Shown: positions 8,463 through 18,819 of the stretch, one piece after another | Position numbering within the stretch: the stretch's first letter is position 1 | Layout: each line of letters starts with the position of its first letter | Translations under genes and position numbers: made by a program | Source: Candidatus Omnitrophota bacterium | GTDB taxonomy: Bacteria > Omnitrophota > Gorgyraeia > Zapsychrales > Zapsychraceae | Assembly: GCA_015233495.1 (NCBI GenBank) | Contig: JADFXQ010000009.1 | Span: 1 to 47,965 of the forward strand | Direction: 5' to 3' | DNA: 47,965 nucleotides | The notes under the pieces: generated by a model | The model's database searches: none | Seen by the model: the letters and a program-made list of their open reading frames with translations, nothing else | Told to the model about the DNA's origin: nothing

Positions 8463-8600
8463 TCACAAGACACATGACACATGACACAAGTCATGTCGTT
8501 TATGTTGTCAGTTACTCTATCTTGTCTGCCTAAGGTTCATCTATTAAAAAAGTTCTTAGAAAAATATTTTTCTAAGCCTATGTGTCTTGTGTCCTGTGCC
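8463..8600. repeat. Inverted pair of 7-nt arrays (GACACAW / WTGTGTC)
   Basis: CAAGACACATGACACATGACACAAG on the left and TATGTGTCTTGTGTCCTGTG on the right, in the infA-map spacer. Confidence 0.7.
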
Positions 8601-8602
8601 TT

Positions 8603-9364
8603 TTATAACTTTGTCAATATCTCCGGTCCGTTCGGCGTAATCACAATCATATGTTCAAAATGCGCCGAAGGTTTGCCGTCTTTGGTGACGACCGTCCATC
8701 CGTCCTGCAAAATTTTTGTCTGCCATCCACCCGCGTTCACCATCGGTTCGACGCAAAACACCATGCCGCTTTTCAACTCGGGGCCGGAACCCGCTGTTCC
8801 ATAATTGGGGATTTCCGGGTCTTCATGTAAAAATTTTCCGATCCCATGCCCGACAAAATCCCGGACTACGGAAAACCCGTGACTTTCCACCCACTGCTGA
8901 ACCGCGGCAGAAATATCAAACAGCCGGTTATGTTCCTTCGCCTTTTCAATCCCCTTGAATAAGGCCTCCCGGGTCACATCCATCAGTTTCTGCGATCCCG
9001 GGGCGATAGCTCCGATACCGCGGCTAAAAGCCATATCCGCATAATAGCCTTGATAAACAATTCCCATATCCAAGCTGACTATATCTCCAGTCTGAATACG
9101 GCGTTGTTCATTCGGTATGCCATGCACCACTTCGTCATTGATCGAAATACACACATATCCGGGATAACCCCGGTACCCTTTGAACGCGGCTTTCACGCCT
9201 TGCTGCGCCATCAACTTCTGCGCCAGACGATCGACTTCCGCTGTAGTTTGACCCGATGTTAAAGAGCGTTTCAACTCGGCCGTCATTTGGGCGAGTATTT
9301 TTCCGGCGCGGCGCATAATATCAATTTCCGCCGGTGTTTTAATACTGATTCCCGCAGGGCTCAT
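8603..9364 (-). CDS. map: Methionine aminopeptidase type I
   Basis: CISINDEVVHGIP, GHGIG..LHEDP, EPMVN and SAHFEH motifs. Confidence 0.97.
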   Translation of the reverse strand: MSPAGISIKTPAEIDIMRRAGKILAQMTAELKRSLTSGQTTAEVDRLAQKLMAQQGVKAAFKGYRGYPGYVCISINDEVVHGIPNEQRRIQTGDIVSLDMGIVYQGYYADMAFSRGIGAIAPGSQKLMDVTREALFKGIEKAKEHNRLFDISAAVQQWVESHGFSVVRDFVGHGIGKFLHEDPEIPNYGTAGSGPELKSGMVFCVEPMVNAGGWQTKILQDGWTVVTKDGKPSAHFEHMIVITPNGPEILTKL

Positions 9365-10005
9365 CAGGAAAACAATTTAAGCGCGGCCTTAACCACTTCC
9401 GTTGACTCCTGGTCCGCGTTGACCGTCACAAGTTTATTTTGCGCCCGGTAATATTCAATCATCGGCCGGGTCGTATCCAAAAAAACGTCCATGCGTTTCT
9501 TAATCGTCTCTTCATTATCATCCGTCCGCTGATATAACTCTCCGCCGCACGCGTCGCACACGCCCGCTTGCCGAGGCGGCATATTGGTAAGGTGAAAAAC
9601 CGCTCCGCAGGCACGACACACCCGTCTTCCGGTCAAACGCTGCAAAACCACCGGCAGCGATGCTTCTAAATATAAAGCGATATCCACCGGCTGTTGGCGT
9701 TTGGTCATCATCGCGTCCAAGGCCTCAGCCTGCGCTTTATTCCGCGGAAAACCGTCGAGCATATATCCTTTGACGATATCGCTGGCCGCTAATTTATTTT
9801 CAATCAACTGGATCACCAAACTGTCGGGAACCAGCGTTCCCGCTTCGATAAATTTCTTCGCTTCCAAACCCAAGGGAGTTTTGTTCTTCAATTCTTCCCG
9901 CAACAAATCGCCGGTGGAGATATGCAGAACCCCTAATTTTGCCTTAATTGCCGTTGCTAAAGTGCCTTTGCCGGCCCCCGGCGCTCCCAACAAAATGATT
10001 CTCAT
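9364..10005 (-). CDS. adk: Adenylate kinase with Zn-binding lid
   Basis: GAPGAGKGT, HISTGDLLR and LDGFPR motifs; lid CRAC...CDAC. Confidence 0.97.
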   Translation of the reverse strand: MRIILLGAPGAGKGTLATAIKAKLGVLHISTGDLLREELKNKTPLGLEAKKFIEAGTLVPDSLVIQLIENKLAASDIVKGYMLDGFPRNKAQAEALDAMMTKRQQPVDIALYLEASLPVVLQRLTGRRVCRACGAVFHLTNMPPRQAGVCDACGGELYQRTDDNEETIKKRMDVFLDTTRPMIEYYRAQNKLVTVNADQESTEVVKAALKLFS

Positions 10006-11351
10006 CGGCGCCCCCTTAGATGTCCGGTTTTCATAAACCCATCATAATGCCGCATCAACAGATGGGATTCGATTTGTTTCATCGTATCAAGCATGACGCC
10101 AACCAGAATCAAAACCCCGGTTCCCCCAAAAAACGACGCGACCACATAGGGAACGCGAAACGACGCCATGATCGCATCCGGCATAACCGCGATCGCGCAG
10201 ATAAACGAAGCCCCCGCGAGCGTCAAGCGGGTCATGACAAAATCCAAATATTCGGCGGTATTCGAACCCGGACGCACCCCGGGAATAAATCCCCCGTGTT
10301 TCTTCATATTTTCCGCGACATCAACGGGGTTAAAAACAATCGCCGTATAAAAATAACAGAAAAAGAAAATTAACGTGCCGTAAATAACATAATACGCCCA
10401 GTGCCCTCGTTGAATAAACGCCGCTGCCGACTGCAAGGGATGAAACGGGACAAAGCTGGCAATGGTCGCGGGAAACAAAATGATCGATTGCGCAAAAATA
10501 ATCGCGATAACTCCCGCGGTATCCACCTTCAAAGGAATATAAGTGTTTTGCCCGCCATAAACCTTGCGCCCGACAACGCGGCGGGCATACTGTACGGGTA
10601 TCCGACGCTGAGCTTGAGTAATCAAGGTCACTAAAAAAATAACCGAAACCAAAAAAACGCACATGATCACCAAAGTCAACGGTTGGATCTGCGCGCCTCC
10701 CGCGCCGCCGCTGGCGGTCAACAATTTTCCCAATGTGCGCAAAGCGGTCGGAAACGCGTCAATAATACCGGCGGTAATGATTAAGGAAATTCCGTTGCCA
10801 ATCCCTTTTTCCTGAATCTGCTCTCCCAGCCACATTAGCAAAAGCGTTCCGGAAGACAGCGTCAAAATCGTGATCAACCGAAACCCCCAGCCCGGATTAT
10901 TTACCACCTGCATTCCCTGGAACGCCTGCGGACTTTCCAGCCAAAGAGCGATAAAAAACGACTGAACCAAAGCCAGTCCTAAAGTGCCATAACGCGTATA
11001 CTGATTTATCTTGCGGTAACCCGCCTGACCTTCTTTGGATAATTTCTCCAAAGCCGGTATCACAGCTGTCAAAAGCTGTAAGATGATCGAACTCGATATA
11101 TACGGCATAATTCCGAGCGCGAAGACCGTCATCTTCTGCAGCGCCCCGCCGGAAAACATATTCATAATCCCGAAAATGTTGCCGCCTTGCGCGGAATTCA
11201 AACGGCTGAAAAACTCCGCTAACACCGCCCCGTTGATTCCCGGCGTCGGGATATAACAACCCAAGCGAAATACAGCAATCATCCCCAGCGTGAAAAGGAT
11301 CTTCTTTTTCAGCTCGGGAATCTTAAAACAATTAGCGAACGAAGCAATCAT
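10002..11351 (-). CDS. secY: Preprotein translocase subunit SecY
   Basis: FALGIMPYISSSII, GIGNGISL and GGFIPGVRPG motifs. Confidence 0.98.
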   Translation of the reverse strand: MIASFANCFKIPELKKKILFTLGMIAVFRLGCYIPTPGINGAVLAEFFSRLNSAQGGNIFGIMNMFSGGALQKMTVFALGIMPYISSSIILQLLTAVIPALEKLSKEGQAGYRKINQYTRYGTLGLALVQSFFIALWLESPQAFQGMQVVNNPGWGFRLITILTLSSGTLLLMWLGEQIQEKGIGNGISLIITAGIIDAFPTALRTLGKLLTASGGAGGAQIQPLTLVIMCVFLVSVIFLVTLITQAQRRIPVQYARRVVGRKVYGGQNTYIPLKVDTAGVIAIIFAQSIILFPATIASFVPFHPLQSAAAFIQRGHWAYYVIYGTLIFFFCYFYTAIVFNPVDVAENMKKHGGFIPGVRPGSNTAEYLDFVMTRLTLAGASFICAIAVMPDAIMASFRVPYVVASFFGGTGVLILVGVMLDTMKQIESHLLMRHYDGFMKTGHLRGRR

Positions 11352-11394
11352 GCGGTGTTTTACGGATCAAACCGTTATATTTATTGCTTCTCTT

Positions 11395-11456
11395 AAATTT
11401 TGAATTTGTAAGTAAGGCTAAAAGTAATTTTAGCCTTACTTACAAATTCAAAATTT
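11395..11456. repeat. Perfect 29-bp inverted repeat with 4-nt loop
   Basis: AAATTTTGAATTTGTAAGTAAGGCTAAAA-GTAA-TTTTAGCCTTACTTACAAATTCAAAATTT in the rplO-secY spacer. Confidence 0.9.
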
Positions 11457-11468
11457 CAAAGAACCTGT

Positions 11469-11933
11469 TTATTTACCCGCGGAAGATTCGTTTTTAACTT
11501 CTTCGACTTTACCGCCTGCTTTTAATATTTTATCCTTAGCCGCTTGCGAAATATGCTGCGCTTGCACCGTTAAAGGCTTCGTCAAAATGCCGGTGCCGAG
11601 AATTTTAAACGGCTGATTATAACCATGAATCATGCGGGCGGCGCGCAAAGACGCGGCGTTCACCACGCTGCCTTTACCGAAATGTTCTAAACGTCCCACA
11701 TTGATCGGTTGATAATAGTTGGGATTCGGCTTGCGAAATCCCATCTTAGGCAAACGCCGAATCAAATGCATTTGGCCGCCTTCGAGTTGCAACAACGGCC
11801 CTTTACCGGAACGCGTCAATTGTCCGTCTTCGCCACGACCCGAAGTTTTTCCATGTCCCGACCCGCGGCCGCGTCCGACTATTTTTCTTCTTTTTCTGGA
11901 GCCCCGAGGGGACGATAGCGCATGCAATTCCAT
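11469..11933 (-). CDS. rplO: 50S ribosomal protein L15
   Basis: VGRGRGSGHGKTSGRG and EGGQM..RRLPK motifs; ATG at 11933. Confidence 0.97.
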   Translation of the reverse strand: MELHALSSPRGSRKRRKIVGRGRGSGHGKTSGRGEDGQLTRSGKGPLLQLEGGQMHLIRRLPKMGFRKPNPNYYQPINVGRLEHFGKGSVVNAASLRAARMIHGYNQPFKILGTGILTKPLTVQAQHISQAAKDKILKAGGKVEEVKNESSAGK

Positions 11934-11940
11934 AAATGGA

Positions 11941-12591
11941 TTAAGACTCCCTCTGCTGGGTTTCTGGGATTGGAGTTGTTTTGACACTCTTTAACCGTTT
12001 CAATCCGTCCAAGGTCGCCTTCACAACATTGATCGGATTATTCGACCGGTGGCATTTCGAAAGAATATTGCGAATCCCGGCGCCGTCGCAAACTGCGCGC
12101 ACCGGTCCCGCGGCAATAACACCCGTACCGTCGCCGGCCGGTTTGAGTAAAACCCGCGAAGCCCCGCAGCGGCCGATGATTTCATGCGGAATCGTTGTCC
12201 CGCGCAATGCCACGACCATCAAATTACGTTTGGCCACGCCCATGGATTTTCGAATCGCGATCGCCACTTCCGCGGCTTTTTCCAAAGCAAATCCGACGCG
12301 GCCTTTGCCATCGCCAACCACCACCAACGCGCTAAACGCCAATTTCTTTCCGCCTTTGGTGACCTTGGTCACGCGATTGATCGCGATAACCTGTTCGATA
12401 AATTCCGGCTCATCGGGTTTTTTATGCCCGCCCGCTCCCGCCTCGTCATCACCTTCACCCGGACGGCCGCGTCGTGATCCGCGGCGACGCGTGCCTTTTA
12501 CCGCGCCTTTTCCGTCGTCTTTGATCACTTCATCGGAAGAAACACTGCGTTTCTTGGTTTTATCTAATTTATCGTCATTCAGTTTCGTCAT
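11941..12591 (-). CDS. rpsE: 30S ribosomal protein S5 with N-terminal extension
   Basis: [24 protein letters not shown] and GTGVIAAG motifs. Confidence 0.97.
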   Translation of the reverse strand: MTKLNDDKLDKTKKRSVSSDEVIKDDGKGAVKGTRRRGSRRGRPGEGDDEAGAGGHKKPDEPEFIEQVIAINRVTKVTKGGKKLAFSALVVVGDGKGRVGFALEKAAEVAIAIRKSMGVAKRNLMVVALRGTTIPHEIIGRCGASRVLLKPAGDGTGVIAAGPVRAVCDGAGIRNILSKCHRSNNPINVVKATLDGLKRLKSVKTTPIPETQQRES

Positions 12592-12593
12592 AA

Positions 12594-12962
12594 TTAAAAC
12601 TCCAATCCTGCTTTACGAGCGGCCTCGGCAAACGCCTTGACCCGGCCATGATACAGATATCCGCCGCGGTCGAAACTGACTTTTTTTATGCCTTTTTTCA
12701 AAGCAGCCTGGCCGAATAATTCTCCAAACTGAGCCGCCGACGCGACATTCCCGCCCTTCGGAGATATCCCGCGAAAATCTTTCGCTAAAGTCGACATACC
12801 AAAAATCACTTGCTGCGTGCCGTCATCCACGACCTGAGCGGACAAATTTTTCAAACTCCGCGCTAAGCATAAGCGGGGACGGTCGGCGGTGCCGGTAATC
12901 CGTTTCCGGATGCGAATATGCCGCGCTTCTCTTTGCAGTTGTTTCTCTAATGTCTTGGCCAC
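12594..12962 (-). CDS. rplR: 50S ribosomal protein L18
   Basis: GTADRPRL and [14 protein letters not shown] motifs; GTG start. Confidence 0.97.
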   Translation of the reverse strand: MAKTLEKQLQREARHIRIRKRITGTADRPRLCLARSLKNLSAQVVDDGTQQVIFGMSTLAKDFRGISPKGGNVASAAQFGELFGQAALKKGIKKVSFDRGGYLYHGRVKAFAEAARKAGLEF

Positions 12963-12973
12963 GATGAACCCTC

Positions 12974-13513
12974 TTATTTTGTAACGGATTTCCCTTGTTT
13001 CCGACGCACAACCTGCCCAACATACCGGATCCCTTTGCCCTTATACGGCTCCACTTTTTTCAAAGCGCGGATCGTCGCGGCGATTTGTCCGACGCGGACT
13101 TTATCCGCGCCTTCCAAAATAATACTCGTTTGAGTCGGGACAGACACTTTAACATCTTTGGGAATTTCAAATTCTACCGGATGACTAAAACCAAGATTGA
13201 AAACTACCTTGGCGCCTTGAACCTGCGCCCGAAACCCCAGACCTTGGATTTCCAAATCTTTTTTATGTCCCGTCGTCACGCCTTGCAGCATTCCGACGAT
13301 GCGCGACCGAATCGTTCCGTGATTAGTCCGGTCTTGTTTCAAGTCCGACCGGCGGGTCACGATCAAATCTTGGCCGTTTTGTTTAACTTCAATACCGAAA
13401 GGAATCCCTAGTTCCAATTTCCCTTTTGGCCCTTCCACCGATATTTTATTCGCCTGTACGGCAGCTTTCGCTCCCGCGGGAATTGTGATTGGTTTTTTTC
13501 CTATTCTGGACAT
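12974..13513 (-). CDS. rplF: 50S ribosomal protein L6
   Basis: MSRIGKKPI, LGFSHP and EPYKGKGIRY motifs. Confidence 0.97.
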   Translation of the reverse strand: MSRIGKKPITIPAGAKAAVQANKISVEGPKGKLELGIPFGIEVKQNGQDLIVTRRSDLKQDRTNHGTIRSRIVGMLQGVTTGHKKDLEIQGLGFRAQVQGAKVVFNLGFSHPVEFEIPKDVKVSVPTQTSIILEGADKVRVGQIAATIRALKKVEPYKGKGIRYVGQVVRRKQGKSVTK

Positions 13514-13538
13514 CGCGGATTTCTTTCTTTTCAGCGGT

Positions 13539-13934
13539 TTACCAAATCTGACACAAAACCTCGCCGCCCACATTCGCCTGCCGCGCCTGACGATCGGTCA
13601 TGACGCCTTTGGACGTTGAAACAACGGCAGTGCCTAATCCGTTCAAAACTTTAGGCAGTTCTCCGGCGGGCGCGTAAATTCGCAACCCCGGTTTTGACAC
13701 AACTTCCAAACCCATCACCGCAGATTTGCGGCCTTCATATTTAAGATAAATTTTATACGTGCCTTGCGTGTTCGTTTTCATCAAACGAAAGTCCGCGATA
13801 TATCCGTCCGTTTTAAAAATCTCCAAAATTTTGCCAAAAATTTTGGAAGCCGGAACGTCGACCGATTCCTTACGGGCTTGGATCGCGTTACGGACACGCG
13901 TTAAAAAATCACTCATCGGATCATTCATTGCCAT
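13539..13934 (-). CDS. rpsH: 30S ribosomal protein S8
   Basis: DPMSDFLTRVRNA, SKPGLRIY and STSKGVMT motifs. Confidence 0.97.
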   Translation of the reverse strand: MAMNDPMSDFLTRVRNAIQARKESVDVPASKIFGKILEIFKTDGYIADFRLMKTNTQGTYKIYLKYEGRKSAVMGLEVVSKPGLRIYAPAGELPKVLNGLGTAVVSTSKGVMTDRQARQANVGGEVLCQIW

Positions 13935-13947
13935 ACGTTAAACCCCT

Positions 13948-14133
13948 TTACCAACTGGCCTTTTTCACGCCGGGAATTTCGCCCCGCCAGGCCAATTCAC
14001 GAAAACAGATACGACACAAACCGAAACGGCGGTAATAGCCCTTCGGGCGTCCGCAGATCTGGCAGCGATGATACGCCCGCGTCGAAAACTTCGGTTCTAA
14101 TTTACATTTGTTAATTAACGCTTTTCTGGCCAT
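13948..14133 (-). CDS. rpsZ: 30S ribosomal protein S14, type Z (Zn-binding)
   Basis: 61 aa; RCQICGRP...LCRICFRE...IPGVKKASW. Confidence 0.97.
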   Translation of the reverse strand: MARKALINKCKLEPKFSTRAYHRCQICGRPKGYYRRFGLCRICFRELAWRGEIPGVKKASW

Positions 14134-14146
14134 ATTTTTTCTCGGA

Positions 14147-14689
14147 TTATTTTTTGGTGAACGGCATTCCTAAAAGACTCAAAACTTCCATATTTGTTTC
14201 TTTGGTTCCGCCGCTGAACACATAAGTAATGTCCATGCCCTGAATATGGACAATTCTACCCGGATCAATCTCCGGAAAAATCGCTTGGTCGGTAATCCCC
14301 ATGGAATAATTCCCGGCTTTATCAAAACTCTTGCGCGAAACGCCGTTGAAGTCACGGATCCGCGGCAAACACACATGAAATAACCGGTCCATGAATTCAT
14401 ACATCCGGGCTTTGCGCAACGTCACCTTGCAGCCAATGGGCACGCCTTCCCGCAATTTGAAATTGGAAATCGCTTTTTTAGCCCGCGTCACTACGGGTTT
14501 TTGGCCGGTGATGAGCGTCATATCATTAACGGCGCTGTCAAGGATTTTCATATCCGACAAGGCCTCGCCCACTCCCATATTGATGACAATTTTTTCGATA
14601 TGGGGAACCGCAAGTTTATTCTTAATCCCGAATTTTTCTTGAATTTTAGGAATTACTTCTTCTTGGTATTTTTTATGCAATCTTGCCAT
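14147..14689 (-). CDS. rplE: 50S ribosomal protein L5
   Basis: [18 protein letters not shown] and LPRIRDF motifs. Confidence 0.98.
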   Translation of the reverse strand: MARLHKKYQEEVIPKIQEKFGIKNKLAVPHIEKIVINMGVGEALSDMKILDSAVNDMTLITGQKPVVTRAKKAISNFKLREGVPIGCKVTLRKARMYEFMDRLFHVCLPRIRDFNGVSRKSFDKAGNYSMGITDQAIFPEIDPGRIVHIQGMDITYVFSGGTKETNMEVLSLLGMPFTKK

Positions 14690-14692
14690 GAT

Positions 14693-15004
14693 TTAAATCG
14701 CCTCTGAACTTTTTTTACTTATCCGGATTTTTGTCCCATCCGCTAAAATCTGGGTGCCAAAACGCGTCGGTTTATTTAATTTTTTATCCATAAGCATCAC
14801 GTTGGAAATATGGATCGGCCTTTCAATTTGATTAAACCCGCCGTTCGGATTTTGCTGGGTTTTCCGAACCGCCTTTTTCACCACATTGATCCCTTCAATT
14901 ACCAGACGGTTTTCTTCCCGTAAAATGCCAATAACCTTCCCCGACTTTCCTTTATCTTTTCCGGCGATCACTACCACCACGTCATTTTTTTTAATCCCTA
15001 ACAT
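14693..15004 (-). CDS. rplX: 50S ribosomal protein L24
   Basis: VIAGKDKGKSG and PIHISNV motifs. Confidence 0.97.
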   Translation of the reverse strand: MLGIKKNDVVVVIAGKDKGKSGKVIGILREENRLVIEGINVVKKAVRKTQQNPNGGFNQIERPIHISNVMLMDKKLNKPTRFGTQILADGTKIRISKKSSEAI

Positions 15005-15005
15005 G

Positions 15006-15374
15006 TCAAACCACCTCAGGAGCTAATGATACAATTTTCATATAATCCATATTGCGCAACTCGCGCGCTACCGGCCCGAAAACCCGCGTCCCTCTGGGAT
15101 TTCCGGCATCGTCAACAATCACCAGCGCGTTGCTGTCAAACCGCACATACGTGCCATCGGTCCTTTTAATCGGCGCCTTGGTCCGGACAATTATCCCTTT
15201 GGCTTTTTGACCTTTTTTAATCGCGCCTTCGGGAGCGGATTCTTTGATATTCACGCGCACAATATCCCCAATCCGAGCGCAAAAACGTCCCTTGGCATTG
15301 AGTACGCCGATGAGGGATGCCTTGCGAGCGCCGGTATTATCGGCAACGGTTAAAATAGATTTTAAATAAATCAT
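15006..15374 (-). CDS. rplN: 50S ribosomal protein L14
   Basis: VADNTGA, GTRVFGPVAREL and SLAPEV motifs. Confidence 0.98.
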   Translation of the reverse strand: MIYLKSILTVADNTGARKASLIGVLNAKGRFCARIGDIVRVNIKESAPEGAIKKGQKAKGIIVRTKAPIKRTDGTYVRFDSNALVIVDDAGNPRGTRVFGPVARELRNMDYMKIVSLAPEVV

Positions 15375-15646
15375 TATTCCGCCTTTTTCAAAATATGCAC
15401 GATCATCCAGCGTTTATCTTTGGAAAGCGGACGGGTTTCCATAATCCGGACCATATCCCCCGCTTTGGCTTCATTTTTTTCGTCATGCGCTTTATATTTT
15501 GTCGAACGCCGCACAATCTTGTTGTATTTGGCGTGTTTAGTCGCCCAACGAATTTGCACCACGCGCGTCTTATCCATCTTGTCGCTCACCACAGTGCCTT
15601 CCAAAAATTTTCGGCGATTTGTGCGGGTTGTGTTTGTCTCAATCAT
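15374..15646 (-). CDS. rpsQ: 30S ribosomal protein S17
   Basis: [11 protein letters not shown] and [11 protein letters not shown] motifs. Confidence 0.97.
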   Translation of the reverse strand: MIETNTTRTNRRKFLEGTVVSDKMDKTRVVQIRWATKHAKYNKIVRRSTKYKAHDEKNEAKAGDMVRIMETRPLSKDKRWMIVHILKKAE

Positions 15647-15836
15647 GCTTTAAATCTCTTTCTTTGATAATCGTCTGAACCCGGGCGATATCACGGCGTA
15701 AATGTCCGAACCGGGAAGGTTTTTCCACGTTTCCCAATTTTCGCTGGTAATTCAACGCGAATAAATCCTTTTTAAACTCAACTTCTTTTTTTTCCAACTC
15801 TTCGGAAGATAATAGTCTCAAATCTTTGATCTTCAT
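15639..15836 (-). CDS. rpmC: 50S ribosomal protein L29
   Basis: [10 protein letters not shown] motif; position between rplP and rpsQ. Confidence 0.95.
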   Translation of the reverse strand: MKIKDLRLLSSEELEKKEVEFKKDLFALNYQRKLGNVEKPSRFGHLRRDIARVQTIIKERDLKHD

Positions 15837-15851
15837 AGAATATTGTTCCCT

Positions 15852-16268
15852 TTATGCCGTGTTGCGGGTAACAAATTTTGTTTTAATCGGCAGTTTAAAC
15901 GCCACCAAACGCAAAATCTGTTTCGCGAAATCTTCCGGCACTCCGCCGAGTTCCATAATCACTTTGCCGCGTTTGACCACAGCTACCCAATGATCCAAAT
16001 CCCCTTTGCCTTTACCCATGCGCGTTTCCGCCGGTTTTTTGGTCACCGGTTTGCTCGGAAATATATTCATCCACATTTTTCCCGCGCCCTTCATTTTCCG
16101 CGCGATCACCAATCGAGAAGCTTCCATGTGATTGCCGCGAATCAGGCCGTTATCCAAAGCTTTCAATCCGTATTCGCCAAAATGCAATTCATTCCCTAAG
16201 GTGGCGATACCGCGCGTCTTGCCTTTCTGCGCTTTACGAAACTTGACTTTACGTGGCATTAATAACAT
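15852..16268 (-). CDS. rplP: 50S ribosomal protein L16
   Basis: MLLMPRKVKFRK and TKKPAETRMGKGKG motifs. Confidence 0.98.
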   Translation of the reverse strand: MLLMPRKVKFRKAQKGKTRGIATLGNELHFGEYGLKALDNGLIRGNHMEASRLVIARKMKGAGKMWMNIFPSKPVTKKPAETRMGKGKGDLDHWVAVVKRGKVIMELGGVPEDFAKQILRLVAFKLPIKTKFVTRNTA

Positions 16269-16307
16269 AACTAACTCCGGCTCTTTTCCGAAGAATCCGA
16301 TTCGATA

Positions 16308-16997
16308 TTAAATTTTTTCAGCGGCAACTGTTCTTTTTTTCTGTTGGGCGGCTTCCCGATTAACAACCTGAATGATCTCGCCTTTATTCACCCAAACCTT
16401 GATCCCGATCACGCCATAAGTAGTATGCGCTTCGGCAAAACCATAGTCGATTTTGGCCCTTAAAGTTTGCAAGGGCAATTTGCCTTCTTGATATTTTTCC
16501 GTGCGCGCCATTTCCACGCCGTTCAAACGTCCGGAACAGCGGATCTTGATTCCTTTAACCTCTCCCGAATTCATCGCGTTATCGATCGAACGCTTCATGG
16601 CCCGGCGAAAAGCCACGCGCTTTTCCAATTGGAAAGCCACATTCTGAGCGATCAGTTGGGCTTCCGTGTTCGGATTTTTAATTTCCCGCGGATCAATCGC
16701 GATTTCTTTGGTGGTAATCTTGCCCAATTCCTGACGCAGCTTGTCAATATCCGCTCCACGCCGGCCGATAATCACTCCCGGCCGAGCCGTATAAATAATC
16801 ACTTTGATTTTGTCCGCCAAACGCTCGATCACCACTTTCGCGACCGCCGCCTGTAAAAACTTTTTCTGAATGTACTGACGAATTTTATAGTCTTCGCCAA
16901 CCCCGTTTTTGATCTGGTTCTTGTCGACATACCAAAGACTGCGCCAATCTTCAATATAACCAATACGTAACGCTAACGGATTTACTTTCTGCCCCAC
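16308..16997 (-). CDS. rpsC: 30S ribosomal protein S3
   Basis: GTG start giving MGQKVNP; RPGVIIGRRG, SGRLNG and LQTLRA motifs. Confidence 0.97.
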   Translation of the reverse strand: MGQKVNPLALRIGYIEDWRSLWYVDKNQIKNGVGEDYKIRQYIQKKFLQAAVAKVVIERLADKIKVIIYTARPGVIIGRRGADIDKLRQELGKITTKEIAIDPREIKNPNTEAQLIAQNVAFQLEKRVAFRRAMKRSIDNAMNSGEVKGIKIRCSGRLNGVEMARTEKYQEGKLPLQTLRAKIDYGFAEAHTTYGVIGIKVWVNKGEIIQVVNREAAQQKKRTVAAEKI

Positions 16998-17008
16998 GGA
17001 ATGACCCC

Positions 17009-17350
17009 TTATTTCGATTTTGTGATTAAATCCAATTGTATAGTCAAATGCGTCGTACGTTTTAATATCGGCATCGCCCGGCCAAACGACCCGGCGCGAA
17101 ACCGTTTCCACGCGGGACCCTTATCCGCGGTAATTTTAGAAATATAAAGCTGATCTTCGTTCAAACCTTTTTGCTTGGCATTGCTGACCGCGGATTTCAA
17201 AACCTTGGAAATCATCCCGGTAGCGCCTTTGTTCAATTGGTCTAAGATCGCGACCGAAAGCGCCACTTTTTTTCCGCGGATCAAGTCAATAATTTGCCGC
17301 ACCTTTGTCGACGAAGATCTTACAAACTTTATCTTAGCTTCCGCAATCAT
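17009..17350 (-). CDS. rplV: 50S ribosomal protein L22
   Basis: KVLKSAVSNA and ILKRTTHLTI motifs; position between rpsS and rpsC. Confidence 0.96.
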   Translation of the reverse strand: MIAEAKIKFVRSSSTKVRQIIDLIRGKKVALSVAILDQLNKGATGMISKVLKSAVSNAKQKGLNEDQLYISKITADKGPAWKRFRAGSFGRAMPILKRTTHLTIQLDLITKSK

Positions 17351-17369
17351 ATTTTCCTAACCTATATCG

Positions 17370-17407
17370 AGTGTCCTGTGTCCTATATCCTGTGTCTTGT
17401 GTCCTAG
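17370..17407. repeat. Single 7-nt array (TGTGTCY)
   Basis: AGTGTCC-TGTGTCC-TATATCC-TGTGTCT-TGTGTCC in the rpsS-rplV spacer. Confidence 0.7.
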
Positions 17408-17695
17408 TTAAGTCTTCTGCGGCGCTTTCTTGGCCTTTACCCCGCCGTGCGCTTTAAATATCCGAGTCGGCGCGAACTCGCCCAATTTATGGCCAACCAT
17501 GTTTTCCGTGATAAAAACCGGCACGTGCTTTTTCCCGTCATGAATCGCGAAAGAAAATCCCACAAATTCCGGGGTGACCGTGGACCGGCGCGACCAAGTT
17601 TTAATCGGTTGCTTCTGACCCGATTTCACCATGGCCTCGAATTTCTTGATTAGGGTTGGCTCTACGTACGGGCCTTTTTTCAGTGAACGCGACAT
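17408..17695 (-). CDS. rpsS: 30S ribosomal protein S19
   Basis: [16 protein letters not shown] and [11 protein letters not shown] motifs. Confidence 0.98.
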   Translation of the reverse strand: MSRSLKKGPYVEPTLIKKFEAMVKSGQKQPIKTWSRRSTVTPEFVGFSFAIHDGKKHVPVFITENMVGHKLGEFAPTRIFKAHGGVKAKKAPQKT

Positions 17696-17696
17696 A

Positions 17697-18539
17697 TTAT
17701 GACTTTGCCCCTCTTTTTCTAACAATAAACCGGTTGGAATATTTCCGTTTTTTCCGGGTTTTATATCCTTTAGTCGGCATACCCCAAGGGGTAACCGGAT
17801 GCGGATTGCCTTGCGGCGATTTGCCTTCCCCGCCGCCGTGAGGATGATCCACGGGATTCATAACCACGCCGCGCACATTTCCCTTGCGGCCCTTCCAACG
17901 CATCCGTCCCGCTTTGCCATAAGATTGGCTGTCATGCTCCACGTTGCCAATTTGTCCAACCACACAACGACACATAACCGGGACCTTACGGACTTCACTC
18001 GACGGCATACGCACAAACGCGAAATCGCTTTCTTTGGCCATCAACTGGGCGGACGTTCCGGCAGACCGGACAATTTTCGCGCCTTTGCCGGGCCGTAATT
18101 CGATATTGTGAATCGCGGTTCCCAGCGGAACTTTTGCTAAAGGCATACAATTACCCGGTTTAAAATCAATATCCTTTTCAACTGTGCTTTCCACCACATC
18201 GCCGGTTTTCAACTCCAACGGAGCGATAATATAAGATTTTTGTCCGTCCGGGTATTGAATCAAAGCGATACGCGCCGTGCGGTTCGGGTCATATTCGATC
18301 CCCAAGACTTCCGCTTTTTCATTCAACCGACTGCGAGTAAAATCGACCAACCGGTACATACGTTTATGTCCGCCGCTGCGATAACGCGCGGTCACCCGGC
18401 CGTATGAATTCCGCCCGCCGGTTCGCTTTTTAGGAACGAGCAATGATTTTTCCGGATAGGATTTTGTGATTTCCGCGAAATCGCACAAAATCGTGTGCCG
18501 TAATGGATTGGTTGTTGGTTTAAAACGTTTTAAGCCCAC
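17697..18539 (-). CDS. rplB: 50S ribosomal protein L2
   Basis: IEYDPNRTA and [17 protein letters not shown] motifs; GTG start. Confidence 0.98.
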   Translation of the reverse strand: MGLKRFKPTTNPLRHTILCDFAEITKSYPEKSLLVPKKRTGGRNSYGRVTARYRSGGHKRMYRLVDFTRSRLNEKAEVLGIEYDPNRTARIALIQYPDGQKSYIIAPLELKTGDVVESTVEKDIDFKPGNCMPLAKVPLGTAIHNIELRPGKGAKIVRSAGTSAQLMAKESDFAFVRMPSSEVRKVPVMCRCVVGQIGNVEHDSQSYGKAGRMRWKGRKGNVRGVVMNPVDHPHGGGEGKSPQGNPHPVTPWGMPTKGYKTRKKRKYSNRFIVRKRGAKS

Positions 18540-18540
18540 C

Positions 18541-18819
18541 TCAACTCACCTCAATTTTCTGACCCTCACGCAGAGTCACGATCGCTTTTTTCCAATCCGG
18601 CGTGCGGCCTAAATGTTGACGGACGCGTTTCCTTTTCCCATGCAGCACAGCGGTATTAACCGATAAGACTTTAACCTTATAAATTTCTTCCACCGCCTTG
18701 CGGATTTCAATCTTGTTCGCGTTTTTCGCAACCTCGAAAAGATATTGCCGGCTTTTTTCCAAATCCGTGCCTTTTTCAGTGCGGACCAAAGTTTTAATGA
18801 TGTCGTAACACGTTATCAC
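18541..18819 (-). CDS. rplW: 50S ribosomal protein L23
   Basis: [11 protein letters not shown] and WKKAIVTL motifs; GTG start. Confidence 0.97.
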   Translation of the reverse strand: MITCYDIIKTLVRTEKGTDLEKSRQYLFEVAKNANKIEIRKAVEEIYKVKVLSVNTAVLHGKRKRVRQHLGRTPDWKKAIVTLREGQKIEVS

